The notes below the pieces were generated by a model. The model was given only the letters and a program-made list of their open reading frames with translations. It ran no database searches and had not been told where the DNA came from. Both the position numbers and the translations under genes were made by a program. From Clostridia bacterium (GTDB lineage: Bacteria > Bacillota > Clostridia > Oscillospirales > CAG-272), in contig JAFQRL010000032.1 in the NCBI GenBank assembly GCA_017410065.1, positions 1,027 through 65,026 of the forward strand: a stretch of 64,000 nucleotides of DNA, in the 5' to 3' direction. Shown one piece after another: positions 8,628-17,189 of this stretch. Every line of letters begins with the position of its first letter. Positions within the stretch are counted from its first letter, which is position 1.

Positions 8628-10388
8628 ATGGACAATAATTTTAAGGAGATGCTTTCGGATCGCTTCGGTATGTTCGTTCACTACGGCGCATACAGTACCC
8701 TCGGCGGCAGATACAAGGGCGAGGAGATATGGGGACTTGGCGAATGGATACAGCGCAGAGCCGAAATTCGGATTGCCGACTACGAGGAGTATGCGGTGAA
8801 GAAATTCGCCCCCGCCCCCGATTTTGCAAAAAATCTTGTTAACCGCGCAAAGGCGGCAGGTGTTCGTTACATCGTGCTCACAAGCAAGCATCACGACGGC
8901 TTTTGCCTTTTCAACTCCAAGGTGAGTGACTACAATATTTATAAATACACAGGCCGCGACCTTTGCCGCGAGCTTGCCGATGCCTGCCGCGAGGAGGGCT
9001 TGGGGCTTGGCTTCTATTATTCCCACACCCTCGATTGGCACGAGAAAAACGCGGCGGGCAATTACGAGGTAGCCCACTCCGATAAGAACATCAGAAACCG
9101 CAATTATTGGGACTATCCCGACGATAATATAGATTTCGGGCAGTATTTCCGCGATAAATGCCTACCCCAGGTAAGAGAGCTTCTCACAAACTACGGCGAC
9201 CTTAAGCTCATCTGGTTTGACTATCCTCACGATATCACCTACGAGGAGAGCCTTGAGCTTCGTGAGCTTGTTAAAAGCATTCAGCCGAATTGCCTTATCA
9301 ATTCCCGAATCGGCCACGGCTTGCAGGACTATAACTCCCTCGGAGACAACGGACTTCCCTCCACTCCCCGAGGCGTGCCCACCGAGTGCCTTATTACTCT
9401 TAATCACACCTGGGGCTATAAGTCGGACGACCACGACTGGAAAAGCCCCGAGGATATAATCGGCGTGCTTTGCCGTACCCTCGCCGCCGATTCAACGCTT
9501 CTTCTCAACGTCGGACCTTACGGAAACGGCTACCTCACCCCCGAGACGGAAGCAATTCTTTCGGCTGTCGGCGAATGGACAAGCCGCAACCGCGAAGCGA
9601 TATACGGCGGCATCTCGGGCAACCCCTTCAAGTCGGTGTTCTCCTGGGGCGAGGTCGCCCGCCGCGGAAGCGATCTTTTCCTTTACGTTCGAAAGCCCGT
9701 GGAGAAGCTTTCGCTCTCGGGCGTGTTGGAGGCTCCCATCTCCGCCGAGCTTATCGGCTACGGCGCGGTGGACTTCTCCTTTGAGAACGAAACGGTCACG
9801 GTAAATTGCCCGAGCACCCCTCTCACAGTCCCCGTTTATAAGCTCCGCTTCGGCGGCGAGCCGAAAATATCCGATGCCCTCGCCATCGACAGCACCAAGG
9901 ATAGCCTCTCCGCCGCCTTCGCTTCGGTGGCTGAAAAGGTCAATATTGATGGCACGGCAAAACCGATCCACTACGAATACAACGTTTACGCCCCCGATTT
10001 CGGCAAAAACGGACTTACTCTCAACCGCATAGAATCCACAAACTTCTGGGTGTCCTCCGAGCAGGTGCTCACCTGGAGTGTAAGCTTCGGCGAGGCGGGA
10101 GACTACGGGGCGGAGATCGTTTGCACTATGCCCTCTTACGAGACGGTCTGCGGGGACCCCGAGCTTGCGGGCGCATACACCCTCTCGGTTGGAGATATGA
10201 AAAACCCTGTTTGCGAGGGTATAAAATACACCTACAATATCAGCTCCACAGGCGATTTCAACAAGCGCTTCGTTAAAGATGCGGGTATATTCAGAATAGA
10301 CGAGCCGAAAAAGCTGCGCGTCACCCTCTCAAAGGAATGTGACGAGCTTGGAATTGCGGTGATGGAGGTACGCCTTAAAAAGCTTTGA
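8628..10388 (+). CDS. Alpha-L-fucosidase (GH29)
   Basis: GMFVHYGAYS..GEWIQR..IVLTSKHHDGFCLFNS is the typical GH29 N-terminal catalytic region. Start moved to ATG 8628 (MDNNFKE), preceded by aggag. Confidence 0.85.
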   Translation: MDNNFKEMLSDRFGMFVHYGAYSTLGGRYKGEEIWGLGEWIQRRAEIRIADYEEYAVKKFAPAPDFAKNLVNRAKAAGVRYIVLTSKHHDGFCLFNSKVSDYNIYKYTGRDLCRELADACREEGLGLGFYYSHTLDWHEKNAAGNYEVAHSDKNIRNRNYWDYPDDNIDFGQYFRDKCLPQVRELLTNYGDLKLIWFDYPHDITYEESLELRELVKSIQPNCLINSRIGHGLQDYNSLGDNGLPSTPRGVPTECLITLNHTWGYKSDDHDWKSPEDIIGVLCRTLAADSTLLLNVGPYGNGYLTPETEAILSAVGEWTSRNREAIYGGISGNPFKSVFSWGEVARRGSDLFLYVRKPVEKLSLSGVLEAPISAELIGYGAVDFSFENETVTVNCPSTPLTVPVYKLRFGGEPKISDALAIDSTKDSLSAAFASVAEKVNIDGTAKPIHYEYNVYAPDFGKNGLTLNRIESTNFWVSSEQVLTWSVSFGEAGDYGAEIVCTMPSYETVCGDPELAGAYTLSVGDMKNPVCEGIKYTYNISSTGDFNKRFVKDAGIFRIDEPKKLRVTLSKECDELGIAVMEVRLKKL

Positions 10389-10402
10389 TAATATGTGGAG
10401 TA

Positions 10403-10447
10403 TCCCAAGCATTTTTGCGCGAGCCTCCCAAGCATTTTTGCGCGAGC
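10403..10447 (+). repeat. Tandem 23-bp direct repeat (tcccaagcatttttgcgcgagc x2) abutting a -35 box
   Basis: Two identical 22-mers at 10403-10424 and 10426-10447, separated by 1 nt. They end 3 nt before TTGACA. Confidence 0.9.
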
Positions 10448-10450
10448 TTC

Positions 10451-10479
10451 TTGACACCGCCGCCGAGATATGATAAAAT
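10451..10479 (+). promoter_or_regulatory. Near-consensus sigma-A promoter (TTGACA-17-TGaTAAAAT)
   Basis: TTGACA 10451-10456, 17-nt spacer, extended -10 TGATAAAAT 10471-10479. Lies 29 nt upstream of ATG 10508. Confidence 0.75.
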
Positions 10480-10507
10480 TTATCCGATAAAACCTTTGGA
10501 GGTCCTT

Positions 10508-11668
10508 ATGACGGATAGAGAATTAAGAGAAATAAAGCGCAGATTTCGCCCCGACAAATGCAATGCGGCAAGGGTCGTTGGCGCATACGTCAATTCAAAT
10601 AAAGAGATAGTATATAAAATAAATCAGCCCCTTGGGCTATCGGAGGAGGAGACCTCGGAGAAGCTTCTTTCGGTTATGAAGAAGGTGCTTTCGGGCAATA
10701 TTGGCACGAGTGTTTCCGAGATCGAGTTTTCCACCCATCAGGTAGAGTCGAGCGAGGAGCATAAGCTTCTTATGGAGCTGCGCGGTAGCGAGCTGCGCGA
10801 CCCCTCTTGCCTTGACCGCTTCTATAAAAGGGTTGCGGAGTCGGTGAAGCTGGAGAGCAATTTCGTGATACTTCTGCTTCACGACGTCTACGACGTTTAT
10901 AAAAAGAGCTCTGACGGCGAGAGCGCAGACTCAACCGAGATGTTCTCCTATATCACCTGTGCGATATGCCCTGTTAAGGATGCGCCCGAGTCTCTCACCT
11001 TCCGCGAGGCAGACAGTCTTTTCCACACCGCGGGCGGAGCGGCGACCCTCACCTCTCCCGAGCTCGGCTTCGTATTCCCCGCCTTTGACGACCGCACCAC
11101 CAATATCTACGGCGCGCTTTACTATTCAAGAAGCCGCACCGAAAGTCAGCCCGAGCTGACAAAGGCGATCTTCGGCTGTGAAGCTCCAATGCCTCAGGCA
11201 ATACAAAAGGCGACCTTCAATGATTCTCTCACCGAGGCACTCTCCGAGGAATGTACCCTGGAGGTGGTCCGTGCCGTTCACGCGGCGGTCGCCGATATGG
11301 TAACGGCTCATAAGGAGTCCCGCGACCCCGAGCCCCTCACGATAAATAAGAACACCGTCAAAACAGTGCTTGAAGCGGTTGGAGTTGAGCCCGAAAAGAT
11401 AGACAGACTCAGCGAGGCTATGGACGAGAGCTTCGGCCTCGGCGCAGACCTTACCCCGAAAAACGTCGTGGCATACAATAAATTCGATATGAAGATGCCC
11501 GAGGTGAAGATAAGCATTAATCCCGAATACGCAGATCTCGTTTCCACCCGCGAGCTGAACGGCGAGACCTATCTCACAATTAAAGTAACGGGCCCTGTGG
11601 AGCTCAACGGAATAGTAATTAACTGCGCGACCTCGGATAAGGATGAGGAGTCGGACGGCGAGGAATGA
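10508..11668 (+). CDS. Conserved clostridial protein of unknown function (DUF4317-like)
   Basis: 386 aa from ATG 10508 (ggagg RBS). The N-terminus MTDRELREIKRRFRPDKCN..VGAYVNSNKEI resembles DUF4317 proteins as I recall them. Acidic C-terminal tail. Confidence 0.75.
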   Translation: MTDRELREIKRRFRPDKCNAARVVGAYVNSNKEIVYKINQPLGLSEEETSEKLLSVMKKVLSGNIGTSVSEIEFSTHQVESSEEHKLLMELRGSELRDPSCLDRFYKRVAESVKLESNFVILLLHDVYDVYKKSSDGESADSTEMFSYITCAICPVKDAPESLTFREADSLFHTAGGAATLTSPELGFVFPAFDDRTTNIYGALYYSRSRTESQPELTKAIFGCEAPMPQAIQKATFNDSLTEALSEECTLEVVRAVHAAVADMVTAHKESRDPEPLTINKNTVKTVLEAVGVEPEKIDRLSEAMDESFGLGADLTPKNVVAYNKFDMKMPEVKISINPEYADLVSTRELNGETYLTIKVTGPVELNGIVINCATSDKDEESDGEE

Positions 11669-11711
11669 CCCGAAGCCCGTCAAAGCAAAACAAATATTCC
11701 AAAGCTAAAAG

Positions 11712-11792
11712 AAAAAGAGAGAACGACCACTCCGAAGCCCAAAAGCCAATCGCTTTTGAGATGCACCTCGGTGGGTATGTTCTCTCTTTTTT
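11712..11792. terminator. Candidate bidirectional terminator between convergent genes
   Basis: AAAAAGAGAGAAC..GTTCTCTCTTTTTT long hairpin with an A-tract and a T-tract. The loop is large (about 55 nt). Confidence 0.45.
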
Positions 11793-11883
11793 GTGGATGC
11801 CGCCCATTTTAAATCACGGGGCGCAAGGTCTATAAACAAAATTTCTTTTTGAAAAGGCTATGAGCCAACAGCCGCCGAAAAAA

Positions 11884-12261
11884 TCACTTTTTGGTGAACT
11901 TCACGCCGTCAAGCTTTACGCCGCCGTCGATCTTTTCGTATTCGTAGCTTTTGCAAACGTTCGCCTTATAGTATTCGACGAGCTGCTCCTTATATTGCTC
12001 AAAGGTGTCTGCCTCGTCGGGGTCGCCAACGTATTCGATCCTATCATAGGTGAGGATAAGCTGATCTTTTTTGACCTCAAATTTTGCATAGCACTTCACG
12101 TTATCATCAGAAAGAATAAAGGTGTCTCCGCTGATAACGAAGGAGGTGCCCGTCGTACTGCTGACGTATTTTCCGTCCTCGGGCTCACCGCAGGAAACAA
12201 GCGCGAGAGTTGAGCCAACAAGGATCAGGCAAAGAAGAAGCGCTGAAATAATTCTTTTCAT
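11884..12261 (-). CDS. Small lipoprotein, paralog A
   Basis: Signal peptide plus lipobox (LALVSC). gggag RBS. C-terminus IDGGVKLDGVKFTKK is shared with the neighbouring paralog. Confidence 0.8.
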   Translation of the reverse strand: MKRIISALLLCLILVGSTLALVSCGEPEDGKYVSSTTGTSFVISGDTFILSDDNVKCYAKFEVKKDQLILTYDRIEYVGDPDEADTFEQYKEQLVEYYKANVCKSYEYEKIDGGVKLDGVKFTKK

Positions 12262-12307
12262 ATTTTTCTCCCATACCGCCCCAAAAGGGCGCGATTTTCA
12301 TAAGAAA

Positions 12308-12336
12308 ATTATATCACAAAGCCGCGGCTTTGTCAA
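12308..12336 (-). promoter_or_regulatory. Sigma-A promoter for lipoprotein A (TTGACA-17-TGaTATAAT)
   Basis: The minus strand reads TTGACAaagccgcggctttgtgaTATAAT. The spacer contains the hairpin CAAAGCCGCGGCTTTG. Confidence 0.65.
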
Positions 12337-12350
12337 TAGAGCCTCTGTCC

Positions 12351-12734
12351 TTATATCTTCTTGAAGGTTGTGCCGCCCATTTTGAAGCCGCCGTCGATCT
12401 CCTCAAAGGTGAAGGTCTGCGGTCTGCCATCCTTATAATATGCCTGCATAGCCTCAAGGTAATCCTCAAGACCCTCGCCAAGCACCTCGACCTTATCAAC
12501 GGTGAGGGTGATCTTGCCGTTATCAATAAAGTAATCGCAAACAAGCACGAGCTTGCCGTCCGAGTCCTCGATATCCTGGGTCTGTATGATCTGCTCGTAG
12601 GCAACCTCTATGATCTGTCCGTTCTCATCTTGGTATTTTCCAGCGTCAATAAGCGTCTTGCCGCAAGAGGTAAGCCCAAGAATTGCCGCGCAAAGAATAG
12701 CGCAAAGAAGTATTGAAGTTATTATTCTTTTCAT
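12351..12734 (-). CDS. Small lipoprotein, paralog B
   Basis: Signal peptide plus lipobox (LGLTSC). aggag RBS. Same length and the same C-terminal motif (IDGGFKMGGTTFKKI) as paralog A. Confidence 0.8.
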   Translation of the reverse strand: MKRIITSILLCAILCAAILGLTSCGKTLIDAGKYQDENGQIIEVAYEQIIQTQDIEDSDGKLVLVCDYFIDNGKITLTVDKVEVLGEGLEDYLEAMQAYYKDGRPQTFTFEEIDGGFKMGGTTFKKI

Positions 12735-12779
12735 TGTTTTCTCCTAAATATGTTAATTATTGTTTACAGATTTTCTATT

Positions 12780-13703
12780 TTAACCCATCAAAGCCACGAA
12801 GGTGTCTCCGAAGGTAACGAGCACTAAAGCCGCGCACATCACAGCGTATCCAAGAATATTGAGCCTCGTTATCTTCTCCTTCAAGAAGATGAAGGAAAGG
12901 ATCGCGCTCACGATAAGGATACCCGAATTATTAAGAGTGTGAAGGAGGGTTATGTCATTGAGTATTGCTATAACGATAACGAGAAGATTTATCGCAAGAC
13001 CAACGATAACCGAGGTTATAAGCAGGAAGGTTAAGGAAAGCTTATTTTGCCCGAAGCACTTAAGCGAGCCCCGCTCTCTTATAAGTATCATAACGAGAGA
13101 GGCTATTGCCGCGAGGAAATAGGTGATGCACACCATCTCCTCCTTTTCATCAGCCCCCGAAAGTCTTTGCTGAATATCGGTGAGCGCGGCGTATGCACCG
13201 TTACAAAGAGCCAGCCCGATACAGCACGGAATAAATACCTTGAAATTGACCGCGCCCTCGTTTTTGCGGTAGCTTGCAAGATACACGCCGCCGATAACCA
13301 CAGCAACGCCTATCCATTTGAGCCAGGAAAGACCAACGCCGAAGCCGATCAACGCCGCAAGGGTGGGCACCACGATACCGCCCGCGATAGCAAATACCAT
13401 AAGGATGGTGTAGGGTCCCGACTGACTGCACTTGACCATAAAGTAATTATAGCCCGTAATCGCCGCCGCATTCAGCGCGCCGAGAAGCAGAGTGCGCCAT
13501 TCGGCTTCAAAGCGGAAGCCCATAAAGCAAAGAGAAATAAAGGCAACCGTGATACCGCTCACCGCCGTGAAAACAGGCGAGGCAAGACTCGGCTTACCTG
13601 GATAATGGTCGGTATATTTTTTACAGCAGAAGGACTGGAAGGAATAGAGGGTTATCATAAGCCCCATAAGAAGGACCTTCACAATAATCGGAGTTTCGCC
13701 CAT
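12780..13703 (-). CDS. DMT/EamA-like integral membrane transporter
   Basis: 307 aa with about 10 hydrophobic segments in two halves. gggag RBS. Confidence 0.7.
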   Translation of the reverse strand: MGETPIIVKVLLMGLMITLYSFQSFCCKKYTDHYPGKPSLASPVFTAVSGITVAFISLCFMGFRFEAEWRTLLLGALNAAAITGYNYFMVKCSQSGPYTILMVFAIAGGIVVPTLAALIGFGVGLSWLKWIGVAVVIGGVYLASYRKNEGAVNFKVFIPCCIGLALCNGAYAALTDIQQRLSGADEKEEMVCITYFLAAIASLVMILIRERGSLKCFGQNKLSLTFLLITSVIVGLAINLLVIVIAILNDITLLHTLNNSGILIVSAILSFIFLKEKITRLNILGYAVMCAALVLVTFGDTFVALMG

Positions 13704-13744
13704 TTTTATCTCCCTTCAAAAAATTATTCAAAGCCGCAATAAAT

Positions 13745-13772
13745 ATTATAACAAATTAATAGGGATTGTCAA
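13745..13772 (-). promoter_or_regulatory. Sigma-A promoter for the DMT transporter
   Basis: The minus strand reads TTGACA, 16-nt spacer, TATAAT. Confidence 0.6.
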
Positions 13773-13801
13773 GAATTATTTTAAATAAATTCTTTTAAAT
13801 A

Positions 13802-13830
13802 TTGATTTTTCGGGAAAAGTCTGCTACAAT
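13802..13830 (+). promoter_or_regulatory. Sigma-A promoter for the trmH-udk-SGNH operon
   Basis: TTGATT, 17-nt spacer, TGcTACAAT. Lies 44 nt upstream of the TTG start at 13874. Confidence 0.6.
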
Positions 13831-13873
13831 TATCTTATAAAAACAGCGAAGTCAGACGGCAAGGAGAATTCCC

Positions 13874-14725
13874 TTGAAGAATATAAAAAGAATAACCGAC
13901 TTTTCAGCCCCCGAGCTCGACGTATTCGTGAGGCTCACAGGTGCCCAGCTCCGCAACAGACTGGAGCCCGAAAAAGGAATATTTATAGCGGAAAGCCCCA
14001 CGGTCATCGAGGTCGCCCTTAACGCAGGGCTTGAGCCCGTGGCATTCCTCACCGACAAGAGGCTTATAAACACCGCCGTCAAAAGCATAATAGAGCGGCT
14101 TTCGGAGTACCCCACGGAGGACGGCTGTGGCGTTCCCATCTACGTTGCCGACCGCGAGGTGCTCACCTCTCTCACAGGCTTTGAGCTCACAAGGGGTGCC
14201 CTCTGCGCTATGCGTCGCCCAAGGCTTCCCTCGGTGGGCGAGCTCTGCCAAGGCGCAAGGCGAGTGGCGGTGCTTGAGGAGGTGGCGGACTCCACCAATA
14301 TCGGTGCGCTCTTTCGCTCCGCCGCCGCCCTCGGGATCGATGCCGTGCTCATCACGCCCACCTGCTGTGATCCTCTTTGCCGCAGAGCCGTGAGAGTCAG
14401 TATGGGAACGGTTTTCCAGGTGCCCTGGGGAAGGATAGGAAGCACCCCCGCAGATTGGCCCGAGCAGGGGATCTCGGAGCTTAAGTCCCTCGGCTTTAAG
14501 ACCGCCGCTATGGCGCTTTCGGATAATTCCGTCAGCATAGACGACCCCGCGCTCCTCGCAGAGCCAAGGCTTGCAATAGTCCTCGGCACAGAGGGCAACG
14601 GCTTGAAAAGCTCCACCATCGCAGATTGCGACTACACCGTGAAGATACCTATGTCCCACGGCGTGGATTCGCTGAACGTTGCCGCCGCAGGTGCCGTCGC
14701 ATTCTGGCAATTAACGAGAAAATAA
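13874..14725 (+). CDS. TrmH/SpoU-family RNA 2'-O-methyltransferase
   Basis: SPOUT motifs: NIGALFRSAAALG, LVLGTEGNG-like IVLGTEGNGL, and SLNVAAAGAVAFW. TTG start with aaggag 7 nt upstream. Confidence 0.85.
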   Translation: MKNIKRITDFSAPELDVFVRLTGAQLRNRLEPEKGIFIAESPTVIEVALNAGLEPVAFLTDKRLINTAVKSIIERLSEYPTEDGCGVPIYVADREVLTSLTGFELTRGALCAMRRPRLPSVGELCQGARRVAVLEEVADSTNIGALFRSAAALGIDAVLITPTCCDPLCRRAVRVSMGTVFQVPWGRIGSTPADWPEQGISELKSLGFKTAAMALSDNSVSIDDPALLAEPRLAIVLGTEGNGLKSSTIADCDYTVKIPMSHGVDSLNVAAAGAVAFWQLTRK

Positions 14726-14752
14726 AAATAACGATAAAAGGAAGTGCTGAAA

Positions 14753-15376
14753 ATGGAAAGCGTTACTATCATTGGCATTGCAGGCGGCTCGGGCAGCGGC
14801 AAGACCACCCTCGCAAGAAACATCGCAAATCACTTCGGAGATAAGATCGCCATTCTGCGCCACGACGATTACTATAAGGAGCATAGCGACCTTCCCTACG
14901 AGGAGCGCAACAAGCTGAATTACGACCATCCCGATGCCTTCGACACACCCCTCTTAATAAAGCATCTGGACGCGCTTCGCCAAGGTCATCCAATAGACTG
15001 CCCAACCTACGATTACACCCAGCACAACCGCTCGGATAAAACACGAAGAATAGAGCCTCGCGCAGTAATTCTTATCGAAGGAATACTTATCCTTTCCGAT
15101 CCGAGAGTCGTTGAAAGGCTGGATATGAAGATATACGTTGACACCGATGCAGACGTTAGAATTATCCGCCGTATAGTCCGCGACACAAAAAAGCGCGGCA
15201 GATCTCTTGAGTCGGTCATATCTCAGTATTTAGACACTGTAAAGCCGATGCACGAGGCTTTCGTTGAGCCGTCGAAAAGGCTTGCGGACATCATTATTCC
15301 CGAGGGCGGAAAGAACCCCGTCGCATACGGAATGATTATCGATAAGATCGAAAAAACTTTAAGTGAGCAAGGATAA
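14753..15376 (+). CDS. udk: Uridine kinase
   Basis: P-loop IGIAGGSGSGKTT followed by DDYYK..NYDHPDAFD, which is characteristic of Udk. ATG 14753 preferred over GTG 14744 because of RBS spacing. Confidence 0.9.
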   Translation: MESVTIIGIAGGSGSGKTTLARNIANHFGDKIAILRHDDYYKEHSDLPYEERNKLNYDHPDAFDTPLLIKHLDALRQGHPIDCPTYDYTQHNRSDKTRRIEPRAVILIEGILILSDPRVVERLDMKIYVDTDADVRIIRRIVRDTKKRGRSLESVISQYLDTVKPMHEAFVEPSKRLADIIIPEGGKNPVAYGMIIDKIEKTLSEQG

Positions 15377-15380
15377 AAAA

Positions 15381-16388
15381 ATGAGCAACAAAAAGAGAAT
15401 AATAACCCCCTTCAGCATAACCCAAAGGACCCTCTCCTCGGGCGAGCGGATCGAGCTTCCCCAAAACACAATAAAGGATAAGACCCGCCTCTCCTTCACC
15501 GCAAGACTTGATAGCCTCGGCGAGGGCAGAATTATAGTCGGCCACGGCTACGATCAGCCAAACGGCGGCTGGATAGAAATAACCGAAAGAGAGGTCTCCG
15601 CCTTTAATTTCTACTCCTGGAAGGACCCAAAAGCCCAGCCGATTGCCGAAAAAACGCAACACGGGCTTGACATATCCGAATTTATCACCGTCATAATCGA
15701 TAAAGACTATCAGCGCGGAGACTACGCAAGAATCACCACAGCGGCAGGCTCCTTCACCTATCCTGTCTCGGGAATCAGCGGCTACGACGGCTCGCCTCTC
15801 GCTATTGCAGACGGCGTCTCTCTTTCGGACTGTATACTGAACTTTACATCCGAAGCCTATGCCGCACCGATATGGCTATACGGCGACTCCTATTTAAATC
15901 ACGCAGACAGCGTCCGCTGGCCCTACTATCTCTATCAGGACGGCTACACCGACGTGCTCCTCGCCGCCTACCCGGGAGAAAACTCCCAAAGAGCCATAAT
16001 CGACTTTGAGCTTGCCGTAACAAGGGGCACTCCCGAATTCGCCCTGTGGCTGCTCGGAATGAACAACGGCGAGGGAGAGTCCGCCGAGCCAAACCCCTAT
16101 TGGCTCGCCGCAACCGAGCGTTTCCTTGCCATCTGCAAGGAAAAGGGCATCACGCCCATCCTCGCAACCATTCCCACCACCCCGAAAATAAACAACGCAC
16201 CCAAAAACGAATGGGTGCGCCGCTCGGGCTACCGCTATATAGATTTCAACCGCGCCGTCGGCGCAGATATCAGCCCAAGCTGGTATAGCGGAATGCTCAG
16301 CGAGGACCAGGTCCACCCCGCCGCCCTCGGCGCCCAAGCCCTCTACGCCCGCGTCCTCACCGACTTCCCCGAAATTATGCGAAGATAA
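15381..16388 (+). CDS. SGNH/GDSL-like hydrolase with an N-terminal extra domain
   Basis: Block I (LYGDSY) and the later GMNNGE and DQVHP blocks fit the SGNH fold. The RBS overlaps the udk stop. Confidence 0.7.
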   Translation: MSNKKRIITPFSITQRTLSSGERIELPQNTIKDKTRLSFTARLDSLGEGRIIVGHGYDQPNGGWIEITEREVSAFNFYSWKDPKAQPIAEKTQHGLDISEFITVIIDKDYQRGDYARITTAAGSFTYPVSGISGYDGSPLAIADGVSLSDCILNFTSEAYAAPIWLYGDSYLNHADSVRWPYYLYQDGYTDVLLAAYPGENSQRAIIDFELAVTRGTPEFALWLLGMNNGEGESAEPNPYWLAATERFLAICKEKGITPILATIPTTPKINNAPKNEWVRRSGYRYIDFNRAVGADISPSWYSGMLSEDQVHPAALGAQALYARVLTDFPEIMRR

Positions 16389-16398
16389 ATCCAAAACC

Positions 16399-16449
16399 AA
16401 AAGCTGCCCTTGATGCCCACAAAGCATTTTCGGCAGCTTTTATTTTTAT
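16399..16449 (+). terminator. Rho-independent terminator of the trmH-udk-SGNH operon
   Basis: AAAAGCTGCC..GGCAGCTTTT stem followed by ATTTTTAT. Confidence 0.75.
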
Positions 16450-16543
16450 AGTGTTCTTCTTTTTTTAATATAGCTTCCTTTTGTAAATATAGTTTTTTAT
16501 AATATAGCTCCTTATAATATACTTTTCCTATTAAAATTATTAT

Positions 16544-16575
16544 AAAAAGTGCGGCCGATTGCTCGACCGCATTTT
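16544..16575. terminator. Duplicate of the PFOR terminator hairpin
   Basis: aaaaaGTGCGGCCGattgctCGACCGCAtttt. The hairpin is identical to 17135-17157. Confidence 0.6.
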
Positions 16576-16608
16576 CGTTTGCTGTTAATTTATACTCTAA
16601 TCGAAGAA

Positions 16609-16766
16609 TTTTTGAGGGAGAATTGTCGCTTTGCGACCGACAGGCGTATACGAATACGTCGAGGTCGCAAAACGACGATAGGTGATATAGCTTTGAAAAG
16701 CCAAAGCCCACGAAAATTCATTTCGGGAATATATCACCGGTCTCACCAAAAATTACCGATTAAAAT
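16609..16766 (+). repeat. Structured intergenic element, copy A (most diverged)
   Basis: Aligns with 36211-36457 and 43602-43767. It keeps all helices through compensatory changes, e.g. GGTGATAT/ATATCACC in place of GGGAAG/CTTCCC. Confidence 0.75.
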
Positions 16767-17114
16767 TATACGTTGTAGAAGTCTACGAGTCTCTTAAGTC
16801 TCTCAAAGCCAACGGCGATCCCCGAGGGTTGCGCCTTGGGCGAGGAGATATTTGATGATGCTTTTTTAAGGAGCGCGCGGCAAAGTACAACTTTGCAAGA
16901 GCGCCTTGGGAAAGCAGCGCAAATATATACCGTTCAAGACGTGACGATCGGGGGTCGCCGTTGGCTCCGCCTTAGCGGTTGCTTCAGCCTTAGCGAAGAG
17001 CTCCTTTGCGCGCTCGGGGTAGCGTAGCGGCGGGGTGGTATTGAATGACAGCCTAAACGGCTGTCAGACCCGCACCGTGACCGAGCCGCAGCGAGACCTG
17101 CTGAGCAAGTCCGG
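16754..17114 (-). pseudogene. Fragmented relic of the PFOR 3' end
   Basis: Segments 16754-16805, 16969-17019 and 17098-17114 match the contiguous real 3' end 17178-17305 with 3, 2 and 1 mismatches. The match includes a stop-codon copy at 16767-16769. The segments are split by 163-bp and 78-bp unrelated inserts. Confidence 0.75.
16807..16966. repeat. 160-bp insert bounded by 18-bp inverted repeats (MITE-like)
   Basis: AGCCAACGGCGATCCCCG (16807-16824) versus the reverse complement of 16949-16966 (AGCCAACGGCGACCCCCG), 17/18 matching. It interrupts the PFOR relic. Confidence 0.55.
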
Positions 17115-17129
17115 AATCCAACATTGATT

Positions 17130-17158
17130 AAAAAGTGCGGCCGATTGCTCGACCGCAC
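17130..17158 (-). terminator. Rho-independent terminator of PFOR
   Basis: The minus strand reads GTGCGGTCGagcaatCGGCCGCAC followed by TTTTT, 32 nt after the stop codon. Confidence 0.75.
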
Positions 17159-17189
17159 CTTTATTTTACCGATTATTTACCGATAAAAA

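Noticed and set aside
8490-9077. 195-aa minus-strand ORF
   Set aside because: It overlaps the GH29 fucosidase N-terminal catalytic region antisense and has no RBS or motifs.
17020-17097. tRNA-like or small structured RNA inside the PFOR relic (GCGGG..GACAGCCtaaacGGCTGTC..CCCGC)
   Set aside because: No cloverleaf can be drawn, there is no T-loop GTTCRANYC or D-loop consensus, and the length and arms do not fit a tRNA. I treat it as an unexplained insert.
16343-17158. Short ORFs in the mosaic region (16343-16711, 16549-16797, 16836-17027, 16934-17158)
   Set aside because: They cross repeat, relic and terminator boundaries, lack an RBS, and have atypical composition. The region is better explained as non-coding relics and repeats.
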